From Octopus sinensis (Eukaryota): a stretch of DNA of 64,000 nt. How positions within the stretch are numbered: position 1 is the stretch's first letter; the number at the start of each line of letters is the position of its first letter. A program made the position numbers and the translations under genes. The DNA is taken from the NCBI RefSeq assembly GCF_006345805.1, contig NC_043005.1:87730001-87794000 (forward strand), in the 5' to 3' direction. Below are positions 14,232-26,990 of the stretch, in pieces. Under the pieces are notes generated by a model that was not told where the DNA came from, did not search any database, and saw only the letters and a program-made list of their open reading frames with translations.

Positions 14232-14447
14232 ACTCTTTTACCATTTCAGTCATTTGACTGTGGCCATGCTGAAGCACCACCTTTAGTAGAGCAAATCGAC
14301 CCCAGGACTTATTCTTTGTAAGCCTATTACTTATTCTATCGGTATCTTTCGCCGAACCGCTAAGTTATGGGGACGTAAACACACCAGCATCAGTTGTTAC
14401 GTGATGTTGGGGGGGGGACAAACAAAGACACACAAACATATATACAC

Positions 14448-14478
<31 letters not shown>

Positions 14479-14549
14479 CGACGGGCTTCTTTCAGTTTCC
14501 GTCTACCAAATTAACTCACAAGGCTTTGGTCGGCCCGAGGCTATAGTAG
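14232..14549 (-). mobile_element. SINE family B lacking the head
   Basis: tttcagtcatttgactgtggccatgc tail, internal CA/TA tract, gacgggcttctttcagtttccgtctacc. Confidence 0.85.
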
Positions 14550-14849
14550 TACCGTCTGGAAGAACTCCTGTCATAGTTTACTGTTACTAGTTGGAGCTTC
14601 CGTTCCATAAAACAATTGTGTATAACACAAGAAAACGATGGTTGATGCCACTCAGTGAGTGATACCCCGATAAACATAACTACTAAATTACTCATAATTC
14701 ACACACCATTGTATTATAAGATACAATGCTATGTAGAATTAATAAACTCATAAGAGCTCATATAGGTATAGAATAGACAAAGTTAAGCATGTAGAAGCAT
14801 TTTCTCAGACCTCGGCAAGTCTACGCTTACATGCAGAGGCGGTAAACCT

Positions 14850-16000
14850 CGAGGGACGGAGGTCCTACATTTTCGCATTTATCTCTCTTCTAATTATTAA
14901 TCTAATCCATCTGTAATATTCGTTCCTTGCTTTTACTCTGTTCTTGTTCTTCATTACTTTCCTCTGCTGAAGATTATATTGCTTCCTTTTTGCCAATCAG
15001 AATTACATACCCCTAGGAAATCAATACATTGAGAGCTGCGATCTTTCTAATTGTTTAAGTGTGTGTTTCATGTATAAATGTAGTTTGCTACTGTTGGTGT
15101 AGATTGAGATGTTTAATATGAAATAGCGAATTACTGTACTTCTATACCATTTACATCCGGCTCCTGTCTTCTGTTACATATTGTTTAAAATTATAAGCGC
15201 CAATCGGAAAAGTATGGTGAGGGGTAATCCACCGGAATTTCCTCCTCAAATATTGGTGTTATTCTTTTTTTATTATTGTTTTTGGCAGTGAAATCGTCTG
15301 CCATCATTCATCATATATTTTGTTTGCTTCTTATGGTTTCTGCATCCAAGATAGAAGTCTAAGGACTTCTGCAAATAACATCGTCTGCTGTTCAATCCAC
15401 GGGAAGTTCTAAACCCTGTGCTTCTATCTACATTCGCCATCTATGTCTTTATTTATCAATATTTTATGTCTTTGCCGCCACATGTCCCTTTGCAATGTCC
15501 CTTACTTTTGAAATCAGTTGGGATTTTTCTTTCAGATTTTTGTATGTCTTCAGTAATTTAAAGTTATTTTTACTGCAGTTACGATTTTATAATCTATAAA
15601 ATAGGTTATGCGTCTCTATGTTCTACTGTTTAATGTTCCTTTAATCTCTCCGTGTATTTTCCCTATGCAATACAGTTAAATGTTCTCCCCGTTGATTTTC
15701 AGTATTTTATTAACGGTTTCTAGTAACACCTTCTGTATATCGGCGAGGCCACAAATTTTTACATCTTATCACTTCCCCGTTGCCCTCCAGTCATTGGTTC
15801 CTCGTATGTTTTCTGTGTCTGGTTTATATTTTGTGTTAATATGGTCTCATGTCTTTCTTTTTAAGCTATTGTATTTGTTGTTTTCAATTATTTCCTCCGT
15901 CAGGCTTCCTTTGATGTTCATAGCCCGACCCGGAATTCTTCTCTCGTTAACGCTGCATTAATTTTTATTTCATTTTCACAGTGTTCTTAGTAAAATTGTT
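14850..16000 (-). pseudogene. Possible highly decayed LINE (RTE-like linker region)
   Basis: Purine/Lys-rich minus strand with weak motifs (KVRDIAK...KDIDG, PIFEEEI); no catalytic motif recovered. Confidence 0.3.
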
Positions 16001-16399
16001 TTGCGTTGACGCTAAACGTTTGTTTTGTTCAAAGATTCATTGTTGAGTTTCGAATTTTCGTACCAGCAGAATATTTGTCGACGTGTTCTTTAGTATTTGA
16101 TTTCGAGTTGTCCCTTTTACTAATTAACTAATAAAATATTAAGGCGCTGAAGTGGAAGACCTTTTAGCACTGCCGGAAAGATGCTTAGCGGCATTTCGCT
16201 TTTGAGTTCAAATGTTGCCAAGGTCGATGCTGTCTTTCGTCCTAGTTGGGCACTAGGATTGTTACATCGACTAACACACCCCCTACACACACACATATAA
16301 CTACTTTGGGCCTTGTACCTATAGCAGAATGGATTAATTAACTAAACCGTTACCCGTCATATGAAAAGTATCTTTTGAAAGTATAATCTTGTTACTGTG

Positions 16400-16901
16400 G
16401 GTTTGTCGTTACCCACTTCGGTCATGATTGACCATGGGATTGCACCTAGAAAGTTACCCTCCGAGGCACAAGACTGGGCAAGGTTGTTTATGGGAGACCA
16501 GCAGTCACCCATGCATACCGGCCTCTCCTCTCCACGCCACCAGTGTTATCCAAGGGAAAGGCAAAAGCCGATACAGCTTGGCACCAGTAACGTCGTAGTT
16601 CAATTAAAGTGCAAGTGGCTGGGTACACCACAGACACATGTACCCTTAACGTAGTCTTCGGGGAGATTCAGCGGGACACAGAATCTGACATGGCTGGTCC
16701 CTTTGAAATACAGGTACAACAGAAACAAGAAGAAAGAGTGAGAGAAAGTTATGGTGAAAGCGTACAGCAGGGTTCGCCACCACCTCGTTGAACTTTAGGT
16801 ATTTTCGCTCAATAAATACTCACAATGCCCGGTCTGGGAAACAAAACCGCGATCCTACGACCGCGGGTGAGCTGCCTTAATCACTGGGCCATTACGCCTC
16901 C
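16400..16901 (-). mobile_element. Composite SINE: family C head and body ending in a family D tail
   Basis: Head ggaggcgtaatggcccagtgattaaggcagc...gtttcccagaccggg; the 3' part ctggtgccaagctgtatcggc...ctttctaggtgcaatcccatggtc matches family D at 54.9-55.04 kb. Confidence 0.8.
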
Positions 16902-17074
16902 GCTACCGTAAATAGTATTTAAAAAATGAGATAATCATAAATTTAGTTTTTATCAACTCACTTGGAGCTTATTTAAAATGATGAAACGGATACTAATTAA
17001 CAAACAAAACACCTGTATATTACCTTGAGATATAATGAAATAAAAGAAATTTCTCATTTGTATATTTGCATTTT

Positions 17075-17301
17075 TTTCTTTACTACCCACAAGGGGACTA
17101 AACACAGAGAGAACAAACAAGGACAGGCAAACGGATTAAGTCGCTTACATCGACCCCAGTACTTAACTGGTACTTAATTTATCGACCCCGAAAGGATGAA
17201 AAGCAAAGTCAACCTCGCCGGAATTTGAACATAACGGCAGACGAAATACGGATACGCATTTCGCCCGACGTGCTAATGTTTCTGCCTGCTCGACGCCTTT
17301 C
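17075..17301 (-). mobile_element. SINE family A monomer with 22-bp target-site duplication
   Basis: ctcatttgtatatttgcatttt at 17053-17074 and 17302-17323 flanks the element. Confidence 0.9.
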
Positions 17302-17466
17302 CTCATTTGTATATTTGCATTTTATTAACATAACCATAAGCTCTTCCTTTAAAAATCAATCTTTGCAAAATTTCATTAAAAATGTCTATTTTTCAGAAAA
17401 TATTTCATTGCTTGTCACCAAACCTCACATGTGCACACATCCTGCATCTCTTACGATATATATATA

Positions 17467-17628
17467 ATTAAATAAGGGTAGAAATTGATATTAATCAATT
17501 AAAACCAGTGGCCTAGCATATTATTAAAAAACCCGAAGATTAAAATTTGTTTACATACAAAATTTAGAGGACTGACCACTAAAATTCGACCACTTTTAGT
17601 GGTCAGTCCTCTAAATTCTGTATGTAAA
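17467..17628 (+). repeat. TA-adjacent repeat module ending in a ~35-bp fold-back
   Basis: aatttagaggactgaccactaaaa (17561-17584), 9-nt spacer, ttttagtggtcagtcctctaaatt (17594-17617); pairing extends ~11 bp further with one mismatch. Confidence 0.8.
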
Positions 17629-17849
17629 AAAATAGCTCTCTTTCAACATGCCATTCTGTTGTTCTATATTTAGTCTACTTCATTTTTGTATCTGGTTTGC
17701 AACATTCTTTATGATCATTCCCGTGTTGAAATATATTTTCTTGTGTCTAGGGAGAGTCATTATGCCAAAATTATTAACACACGCACTGGTTCAATTCTAT
17801 TACTTTACTATTGGTCGGTTGTTAAATAGTAGGCGGTCAAGTTGGTAAA

Positions 17850-17921
17850 TATGTAGTTTCGTAGGTAGGTAGGTAGGTAGGTAGGTAGGTAGGTAGGTAG
17901 ATCGAGGGAGAGAGAGAGAAT

Positions 17922-17996
<75 letters not shown>

Positions 17997-18545
17997 GAGT
18001 AGATAGATAGACAGATAGATAGATGGGTAGATAGATAGATGGGTAGATAGGTAGGTAGGTAGGTAGGTAATGTAGGTAGGTAGGTAGTCCGAACGGGTAC
18101 ATGCTCGCGAAACATACACAAAAGAGACAGAAACACACGACCATACACGCACATTCCACACACGCATACACACAGACATATACAGGCGCATATGCATACA
18201 CACAAACTCGTGCGCTTATACACACTCAAGCACGCACGCACAATGAAATAGAAGTACATATATAAACACAAACACACATGCGTGCACACACATACTCAAA
18301 CGCACAAGCACACACATACAGATACATGAATGCACAGAGGAATACATATAGATACACATAGACATACATACATACATACATACATACATACATACATACA
18401 TACACACACATACATACACACATAGACACATACATACATACATACACACATAGATACATACATACCTACCTACATACATACATAGACAGATACATACATA
18501 CATACATACATACATACATACATACATACATACATACGCAAGCAC
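17850..18545. repeat. Compound (AGGT)n/(GATA)n/(ACAT)n microsatellite cluster
   Basis: Direct reading. Confidence 0.9.
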
Positions 18546-18851
18546 ACGCACACACCGGCAGGCACACAGACACGCGTGCGACAAGGTCTCAAATAGACAA
18601 ATACGGCCTCCGCATCGGTCTGTGTCAAAAGCAATAAGAAATCTTGCATTTAGCAAAGTGGGAGCTTTGAAAAACAAAACCAAAGCAAATCACTTAGTTT
18701 TTAACCAAATTAAACGAAGAATGGATTAGTTAGTTTGATATTTAACCAATTTACTAATGACAAAGAAGTGGAGTTGAACCAGTGCGTGTGTCATTAGTAC
18801 TGACATAATGACTCTCCCTAGACACAACAAAACATTTTCAAAGTGATTGTA

Positions 18852-19124
18852 TGTTGTCAAGTTAATGTGACAGTCCCATGAAAGGGAAGAATGCTACTGT
18901 TATTTAGCCCTAGGAAACACCGTTTCCTGTTAGACTTGACACATTTCCTGTGTCCTCGTGTTTTCAAAGTGGACACAAGCACCTCCACCCAGCAAAGCCA
19001 GCTTTCAAAGACTAGTTTCAGAGTCATTGCTCATCATCAAGTCCAACAGGAAACGGTGTTTCCTAGATCTAAATAACAGTAGCATTCTTCCCTTTCATGG
19101 GACTATCACATTCAGTTGACAACA
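18852..19124. mobile_element. MITE with ~88-bp TIRs and ~97-bp spacer
   Basis: tgttgtcaa...gtcccatgaaagggaagaatgctactgttatttag...gtttcctgttagacttga (to 18939) is inverted at 19037-19124 with few mismatches; superfamily not assignable. Confidence 0.8.
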
Positions 19125-20965
19125 CACCATCAATTTATTGTGCTGCTACTGCATAAATCTCTCTGAGAGGTTTAGAAATGTATTATTTCCCTTTTTAAAA
19201 CGTTTAATTTAGTATTATGTAACTTTCTTTTACAGTTCTCTCTGCACATAATTGTTTGCTTTCGGAGCCAATGATTGGTTGATTCGTATTTATCGGTTTT
19301 CTTGAAAACTGAAAGCAGCAGTTGATTTGTTAGATTGAACTCGGTAGAGCCCGGGCTTTCTCTTGTACTTATATGGCCTCCTCTCATACCTTCATAGTTG
19401 TAAACAGACCCCTCGGGAGTGGTTCGTTAACTATACACTTCCTCGCATTTCCAATATTTTTTCTTCAGCTGGTCCTTAGAGATCTCGAATTTCTCCATTC
19501 TTTCTAAAATCATTTCCCAGCAGAGTTAGAACACTTTCCGTTGAAAGAATAGACATCGCGTTTCCATGACAAGCATTTATTTGCAATTTTTCATTTGGAA
19601 TCCTTCATTTCGGGCGTTCTTTCCTTTTCACATAATTCGTATTCCGTTGTATTATATCTCGTATTTTATCTTTTTGCCGTTTTTTTAGGCTATATTCTGG
19701 AGGTATGCCTTTCTGATATTCATTTCACCAATGATTGAAAGATAGTTTCTTTTTCTCTCTCTTTTTGTACGTCTTCCATATCGTATTAGTCATACATAAA
19801 CTACTGATGTGCTGCCAGGTCCAATTTGGCAGAGGTTTTATGAGATAATAACTAACACATTTTAAAAACAGATCGTGAACATCGTCAATAAACAGATGCG
19901 GGAACCCAAAGAAGAGAAAAACCTTCCTAGGAGAAATCAAATGATTTCATAAAAATATTAATTGGTCAATTAAAATCTTTCGTCCAGTGGCACCCACAAT
20001 CAAGAGAAATAAGCATAGTCGGGTTGAAAATATCATCAGCAAAACTGCTTAAGAGCTTACAGCAGCAACCTAAGGATTGTAAAGAAAGATTGGGTGATTT
20101 CGAAAATCAAACACAACCGAAAAATGATGGCCATAATCGCCCACCAGCTGATGAACAGGGCCTTATAATTAATTCAGACGGCGATGTGAAGATGCAGGAG
20201 ATTATGGTCAAACTCTGACTGGAAAGAATTACTGTTGTAATGCCATGTGTGGCAGCAGGATTAGGTGAAATCCCGTGAACTGGCAATTTCAGCGGCCGTA
20301 AGCAGGTCTTTCTCCTCTGTGAACGATATAATAACGACTGCTTTTTATGCATAACGAGTCTATTTGAGAGATCTTCCCAGGGTAAATAATGCACTATTCT
20401 TTGTTCTAACGCAAACCTCATGTTATCTCGGTGATCAAGATTATATTTTGGAATTAAATCTCCTGTTTTTGTTAATCATAGTTTCTTTTTAAATATAAAT
20501 GCATATCTACATATGTATATTTATTAATCCAAATACCGTCCAGCTGCCTGTTTTTTATCTTTAACTTTCTTTGTCTCTTAATTACATCCCTCAACGGATT
20601 AATTACAATCCTTAATTACATCCCTCAACGGATTAGGTTTCTATTCTTCCTGTCAATGGATTCACACAGACAATTATTACACGGATGAGGAGGCTAAAGC
20701 ACAGGCTTATTTCTCGCGAGAAGCAAGTTGGAACTCGATCAATCACAGCTGAGAAAACTGAGCGAAACTAGCTTCATGGCGAGAAACGAGGAACACTCTG
20801 CGACCCACGGATATCACAGATGATGAATCCGCAGATAGGGAATGTGTATACGCGCTTGCACAAAATATATGTGTGTGTGTGTATGAGTATATATACAGAC
20901 ATTTATGTATAGTAGCTAGGGTATACACAAACACACACACACATACACAAACACACATATGTGTG

Positions 20966-21023
<58 letters not shown>

Positions 21024-21099
21024 CTCGCACAGATAAATATATATACATATAGATAGATTGAGATACATGTAGGTACATATATACATATATATGTGTGTA

Positions 21100-21285
21100 T
21101 CGTTGGCGATTTTCTTTCTCCGTCTTCCCTTCTTTAAACTTTTTCTATCTTTCTGACGAAGAGTCCTGCTCGAAGCGTGCAATCCTCTTTCTTTTCTTTC
21201 CTTTCCTTAGCGTCCAATAACACAGTACTTATTCCACGTCCTCGCGTTGTTCTTTTTTCTTGCTTATTCCTGTTTGGATTGACTA
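21100..21285 (+). mobile_element. Penelope-type pLTR module, copy 1, with degenerate hammerhead motif
   Basis: ctgacga-a-gag-tcctg-ctc-gaagcgt at 21153-21178; downstream agcgtccaataa...ttccacgtcctcgcgttgt is shared with the 26.0 and 28.3 kb copies. Confidence 0.7.
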
Positions 21286-21410
21286 TATATATATATATAT
21301 ATATAGTTATCCGTAATAATGAAGGGTGAAATTAATTAATTTGGAATAATTATCAATTACACCAAGTAGTCTTCGGCATGTAAAAGCCTCATTCGAGGGA
21401 AATTTAAGTA

Positions 21411-21806
21411 ATACTAAGCAATAAGGGTTTAGCAACGAATTGCCTTACCACATACCGAATTTAGAAATAGCAGTCAAAGGGTTATAGCTATTTCTTCTAC
21501 TAAAAAGGGAGATCTCAGTAAAAACAGCAATTGGAAGGCTGACACAAACAGGTAAGAGAGAATGAATTAACTGCAATCTATCAAACATTTTTAAAGTTAT
21601 CCACGTACGTCCGTGGATAACTTTAAAAATGTTTGATAGATTGCAGTTAATTCATTCTCTCTTACCTGTTTGTGTCAGCCTTCCAATTGCTGTTTTTACT
21701 GAGATCTCCCTTTTTAGTAGAAGAAATAGCTATAACCCTTTGACTGCTATTTCTAAATTCGGTATGTGGTAAGGCAATTCGTTGCTAAACCCTTATTGCT
21801 TAGTAT
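21411..21806. repeat. Perfect palindrome: two 195-bp arms and a 6-nt spacer
   Basis: 21411-21605 is the exact reverse complement of 21612-21806 (checked base by base); spacer tacgtc. Confidence 0.97.
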
Positions 21807-21832
21807 ATATATATATATATATGTATATTTGT

Positions 21833-21864
<32 letters not shown>

Positions 21865-21869
21865 TTGTG

Positions 21870-21950
<81 letters not shown>

Positions 21951-21954
21951 GTGT

Positions 21955-22265
21955 GGAGGCGCAATGACCCAGTGGTTAGGGCAGTGGACTCGCGGTAGTA
22001 GGATCGCGGTTTCGATTCCCAGGCCGGGCGTTGTGAGTGTTTATTGAGCGAAAACACCTAAACTTCCACGAGGCTCCGGCAGGGGGTGGTGGCAATCCCT
22101 GTGTACTCTTTCGCCACAACTTTCTCGCACTCTTTCTTCTGTTGGCCTGCTCGCTTAGCCAGCGGGGTGGCGCCATTTGAAGGCTAAAAGAATGCGAAGC
22201 GCATAGTGACCAGCGATGTTTGGCAACATCTATTAGCCTGGTCGGTCACGGTGATCACGGTGATA
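21955..22265 (+). mobile_element. SINE family C with tail type 2
   Basis: ggaggcgcaatgacccagtggttagggcagtggactcgcggtagtaggatcgcggtttcgattccc tRNA-like head with A and B boxes. Confidence 0.85.
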
Positions 22266-22356
22266 TGTGTCTATATATATATATATATATAATACTATAA
22301 ATAATATATAAATATATGCATATATACATACATATATGTATGTATATATATATATA

Positions 22357-22394
<38 letters not shown>

Positions 22395-22419
22395 TGTGTG
22401 TATAACAAATGGCAAGTTT

Positions 22420-23190
22420 GTGTGTTTGTGAATTTGTTTAACTTCTCCGAGACTATGCAACAGACCTTGATAAAACTTGACACGTGAATGGGGTTTATGC
22501 CCGTGCGGTCACTTACGCAATCGGAATTTAAAACGAAATCGATTTTTAATCATCATTCATTTTTCAAAAATCGTAAAATTTCAGCATTTTTTAACTAGAC
22601 ACCGTGACATCAATTTGACGAAAAATGCCGAAATTTGACGAAAAGCCTTTTATGGGTACAAGCAGACAGCTTATTAACGGTAATCTATTTAGCATTTCCT
22701 ATTTCTTCATTTCAATGCGAATTGTTTTTGATTTGCTAAAACTTATTATTTCAATTCGTTGTTTCAATTCCCCAGTGTTTCGGGTTTTGATTAGGTAAGA
22801 GCATTTATTTCTCATGCAAAATTTAGGCATTTTGGGCACTAGCCCCCGTGACATCAATTTGACGAAATCTGCCCCAAAGAGCAAAATTTCGCCATTTTAC
22901 ACACATGCACAGAAAAGATGACGACACGAGTTCGCTACCAGACTCTGCTCATTTTTTCATCAAATCTTTTTCATCAAATTTTTGAAAACTGTCGAGATTT
23001 GACGAAAAATGTTTCATGGCCATAAACAGAAATCTTATTAAAGGTAATTTATTTACCATTGTTTTATTTTTGATTTGCAGAAACTTATTTTAATTCGTTG
23101 TTTTAATTCCCAAGCGTTTCAGATTTTAAATAGGGAACTGCATTTTATTTGTCAAGCATTTTCTATTCAGCATTTCATGCATAACCATAG
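22420..23190 (+). repeat. Old repeat with an internal ~365-bp-offset duplication (possibly Helitron-related)
   Basis: 22630-22830 is similar to 22997-23150 (atttgacgaaaa...cttatta..ggtaat.tattta.catt...aattcgttgttt.aattccca); gtgacatcaatttgacgaaa occurs twice. Confidence 0.5.
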
Positions 23191-23539
23191 ATATACTTAC
23201 TGATAATCAAACTACATTTATGCAGATATATATTTATACTTATATACAACATTTAATTTATCAGTAAACCTCCTCTTAAGTTGCGGATAATTTGGAGTTC
23301 AGATTTGCGTTAAGTTATGACATGAACATTAACTATTATAGAAGGATCAGGATCTTATATCAGTCTTTTAAAACAGGGAATATTCCCATGCGAGCCCCAA
23401 TTTACTTAAAAAGTCAGGACTTATTATCCACCATATCACTCAGGCAAAAGGGATTTTAGTCCTCGGATTGGATAACGCGTAGTAATTTGACAAATTTAGG
23501 GTGCTAAACATGTAGTTTAGCACCCTAACTTGAGTGGAT

Positions 23540-23800
23540 TATGTACATGGAAACTGAAAGAAGACTATTTTATGTATGTGTATATTTCTGTGTGTATGTG
23601 TCTGTGTTTGTAGCCCCACCATTGCTTGACAACCGATGTTACTGTGTTTACGTTCCCATAACTTAGCGGTTCCACAAAAGACACTGATAGAAGAAGTACT
23701 AGGCTTACAAAGAATAAATCCTGTGGTCGGTTTGTTCGACCAACGGTGGTGCCCCAGCATGGCTACAGTCACATGACAGAAACAAGTAAAACAATAAAAA
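23540..23800 (+). mobile_element. SINE family B, 3' two-thirds
   Basis: ggaaactgaaagaagac, microsatellite, cttgacaaccgatg...ggtgccccagcatggctacagtcacatgacagaaac. Confidence 0.8.
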
Positions 23801-23844
23801 CTATGCCATTTTAATCCCGAGCAAGGCCAGATATCTCTCTGATA

Positions 23845-23882
<38 letters not shown>

Positions 23883-24092
23883 CACACACACACACACCAA
23901 TATTCACGTGTGTTTAATAAATGGTTTCTGGCAAGTATATGCTTACACCCTTAAGAGCAAATTACTCTAACATAGCTATAAATATTCTTTATGCTTTCAT
24001 TTCACAATTTTACAAGTTCCCATATTTCCATACTTCCGCTCAACACAGCATCCCATGAGGTTAGTCGATTTTATTGAAAAAGTATTTTTTTT

Positions 24093-24127
<35 letters not shown>

Positions 24128-24270
24128 AATTTGTTTATGCATTCTACTTTATTAATACACATTATAGCTTCCATTGCCTGTTTTTGAGGTGAACATGACA
24201 TACATATATATATATATGAATGTATAAGCACGCACATGCACTATCAATAAATAAATGGATAGAAATGTAC

Positions 24271-24338
<68 letters not shown>

Positions 24339-24490
24339 AGAGAGAAAGAAAGAAAGGAAGATTAGAATGATAGATACTTAACAGATTATTGATTGATATT
24401 GTTGTATACATATACAAGCTTATATATATATATATATATATATATACATTGACCCTTTCCATATACACCCACGCCCATTTCTACACTAAA

Positions 24491-24521
<31 letters not shown>

Positions 24522-24938
24522 TGCGTGTGTCTGTATGTTTGTATATAAACACCTACCTATATTTCTGTATGGGTTTGGCTGTTTTGTTGTTAATGTTGTT
24601 GCAGTTTTTGCCAGCAAGAAAAAAATTCTTGCTTGCAATATTTGATTGTTTTAAATCGCCTCCCGAGTAACCTCACCTAAGCATTATGCACCTCATAATA
24701 ATTCATTCATCCTTGATTTCTAATTTTGGCACAAGGCCACGAATTTCAGAGAGAAGGTGTAAGTCGATTTTTTCGAACCCACTGCTTGACTGATACCTAT
24801 TTAATCAATTCCGAAAGAATAAATTGTAAAGTCGACCTCGACGGAAGTTAGAAGCAGAATGAAAATACAGATGAAATACCGCGTAGCTAATGGTTCAGCC
24901 ACCTCGCTGCCATACCATGTGGTCATATTCCTAACGAT

Positions 24939-25520
24939 AAGGCGGCGAGCTGGCAGAATGGTTAGCATGCCGGGCGAAATGCGTAGCTGTATGTCGTCTG
25001 CCGTTACGTTCTTTGTTCAAATTCCGCCGAGGTCGACTTTGCCTCTCATACTTTCGGGGTCGACAAATTAAGTACCAGTTACGCACTGGGGTTGATATAA
25101 TCGACTTAATCCGTTTGTCTATCCTTGTTTATCCTCTCTGTGTTTAGCTCCTTGTGGGTAGTAAAGAATAGGTATTTCGTCTGCCGCTACGTTCTGAGTT
25201 CAAATTCCGCCGAGGTCGACTTTACCTTTCATCATTTCGGGGTCGATGAAATAAATACCAGTTATGCACTGGGGTCGATGTAATCGACTTAATCCGTTTG
25301 TCTGTCCTTGTATGACCTCTCTTTGTTTAGCCCCTTGTGGGTAGTAAAGAAATAGGTATTTTATCTATCTTTACGTTCTGAGTTCAAATTCCACTTAGGT
25401 TGACTTTGCCTTTCATTCTTTCGTGGTGGATAAATTTAGTATCAGTTGCGTACTGGGGTCGATCTAATCGACTGGCCCTCTCCTCCAAATACGTCGGTCC
25501 TTGTGCCTTGAGTAGAAAAG
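24939..25520 (+). mobile_element. SINE family A trimer: one head plus three ~184-bp units
   Basis: aaggcggcgagctggcagaatggttagc head; internal units restart at ggtatt 25171 and 25355. Confidence 0.9.
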
Positions 25521-25872
25521 AATATTTCTACACAATGTATGAAGCTGTCTCTTTGTATTCTTAAGCACTAACAAAAGGTACCCTTATCGGTTGAAGATGT
25601 ATTGTTGTCCAGTGTGACCCAAAGGGTAGACTTGAGATTCTAGTGTCCACAACGTTTTTATATATTTAATTATTTAAAAAATTTTCTTGTCCTCGTATTT
25701 TTTTATTATTTTGTTCTTACGTGTCTCAAGTCGGACAGATGTGATCAAGACTGGATTAAATGTTATTCCAGTCTTGATTATGTATGCATCTCTGTATATA
25801 TAAATATCAATCAAACAACAAACTATTACGTATCTAACAATATATCAACCTATCTTTCGTTCTTTCTTCCCG

Positions 25873-25911
<39 letters not shown>

Positions 25912-25989
25912 GTGCGTGTGTGTGTGTATGTATATTCCTATTCATTTATTTATGGCACGTGCGCGCATTTATATATATATATATATGTG

Positions 25990-26200
25990 TGTGACCTCGT
26001 GTGCACCGTTGGCAATTTTTTTTTCCTCTGTCTTCCCTTCTCGGGATCTTTCCTTCTCCTAGGTTTCCGACGAAAATCTCCGCTCGAAACGTTAAACCCT
26101 CCTTCTTCCCTTCTTTCATGAGCGTCCAATAATACTATATTTGTTCCACGTTCTCGCGTTGTTGTGTTTTTTTGTGTTTTCTTGTTTGGTTTAACTTTAA
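25990..26200 (+). mobile_element. Penelope-type pLTR module, copy 2, with hammerhead motif
   Basis: ggttt-ccgacga-aaatctccgctc-gaaa-cg-tt-aaacc at 26062-26098. Confidence 0.7.
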
Positions 26201-26224
26201 CTATATATATATACATTGTCTGGG

Positions 26225-26422
26225 AGACTTTTCTTAGGAAATAGAGGAAATAGCTAAAATTTTTTGGCTGCTATTTCTAAAAGTTCGGTGTGTGGTAAAG
26301 TAAAGTATTTTACTGAACCCTAATTATATAACGTATGTTTTAAATATACCGTAAATGGTCTTTTTACATACTGAACACTACTTGGTAAAATTATTAATTA
26401 ATAATTAATTAATTTTACCATT
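26225..26422 (-). repeat. Minus-strand relative of the 21310-21520 module
   Basis: gctgctatttctaaaagttcggtgtgtggtaa matches the palindrome arm gactgctatttctaaattcggtatgtggtaa; (TA)n on both sides. Confidence 0.7.
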
Positions 26423-26990
26423 TTATTATTGACTATATATATATATAACATCTAACGGGATATAAATACTACTTGATGTGCGCAGTAGGAAGATGAGAGC
26501 TACCAATTGTTTCTCGATGTGAACTCACATAATTCTTGAGCAAAAGACTATATTAGTAGCACTTATCTTTATTGTGTGTAGATTAAATTATACACACACA
26601 CATATTTATTCATTTATTTATTAAGTAATTTATTTATTTATTCATTTATTCACACATCAAGCTTCTTCTCCCGATCAAAACCTTCACCCACAAGGTATCG
26701 GCTGCTCCGAGTCTATAACTGAAGGCACTAACTCAAGGTTCTTTGCAGTGGGAATGAACCCGATATCAAGTGGTTGCAAAGGAAACCCCTTAACCACAGG
26801 CTATGTCTCTTAATATATACATGTTTCAGTAGCGATAATAATTGAGTTCCCCTTCTCATTGCTACATATGTTTCAGCATTTTTAGAGCAGAACATATTTA
26901 ATTTGACATTTGTAATACGGACAAATAAGTCAGCCATTGACATCTTCTCTGCAATGTGTTATTATCACTGTTTTTGTTGTTGTCATTGCT

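Noticed and set aside
20670-20790. ggatgag...cgaaactag hammerhead-like spacing
   Set aside because: First core motif is mutated and I could not establish helix I or the cleavage triplet.
24939-25520. Regularly spaced repeats resembling a CRISPR array or tRNA cluster
   Set aside because: Units are ~184-bp SINE bodies with no unique spacers; heads do not fold into complete tRNA cloverleaves.
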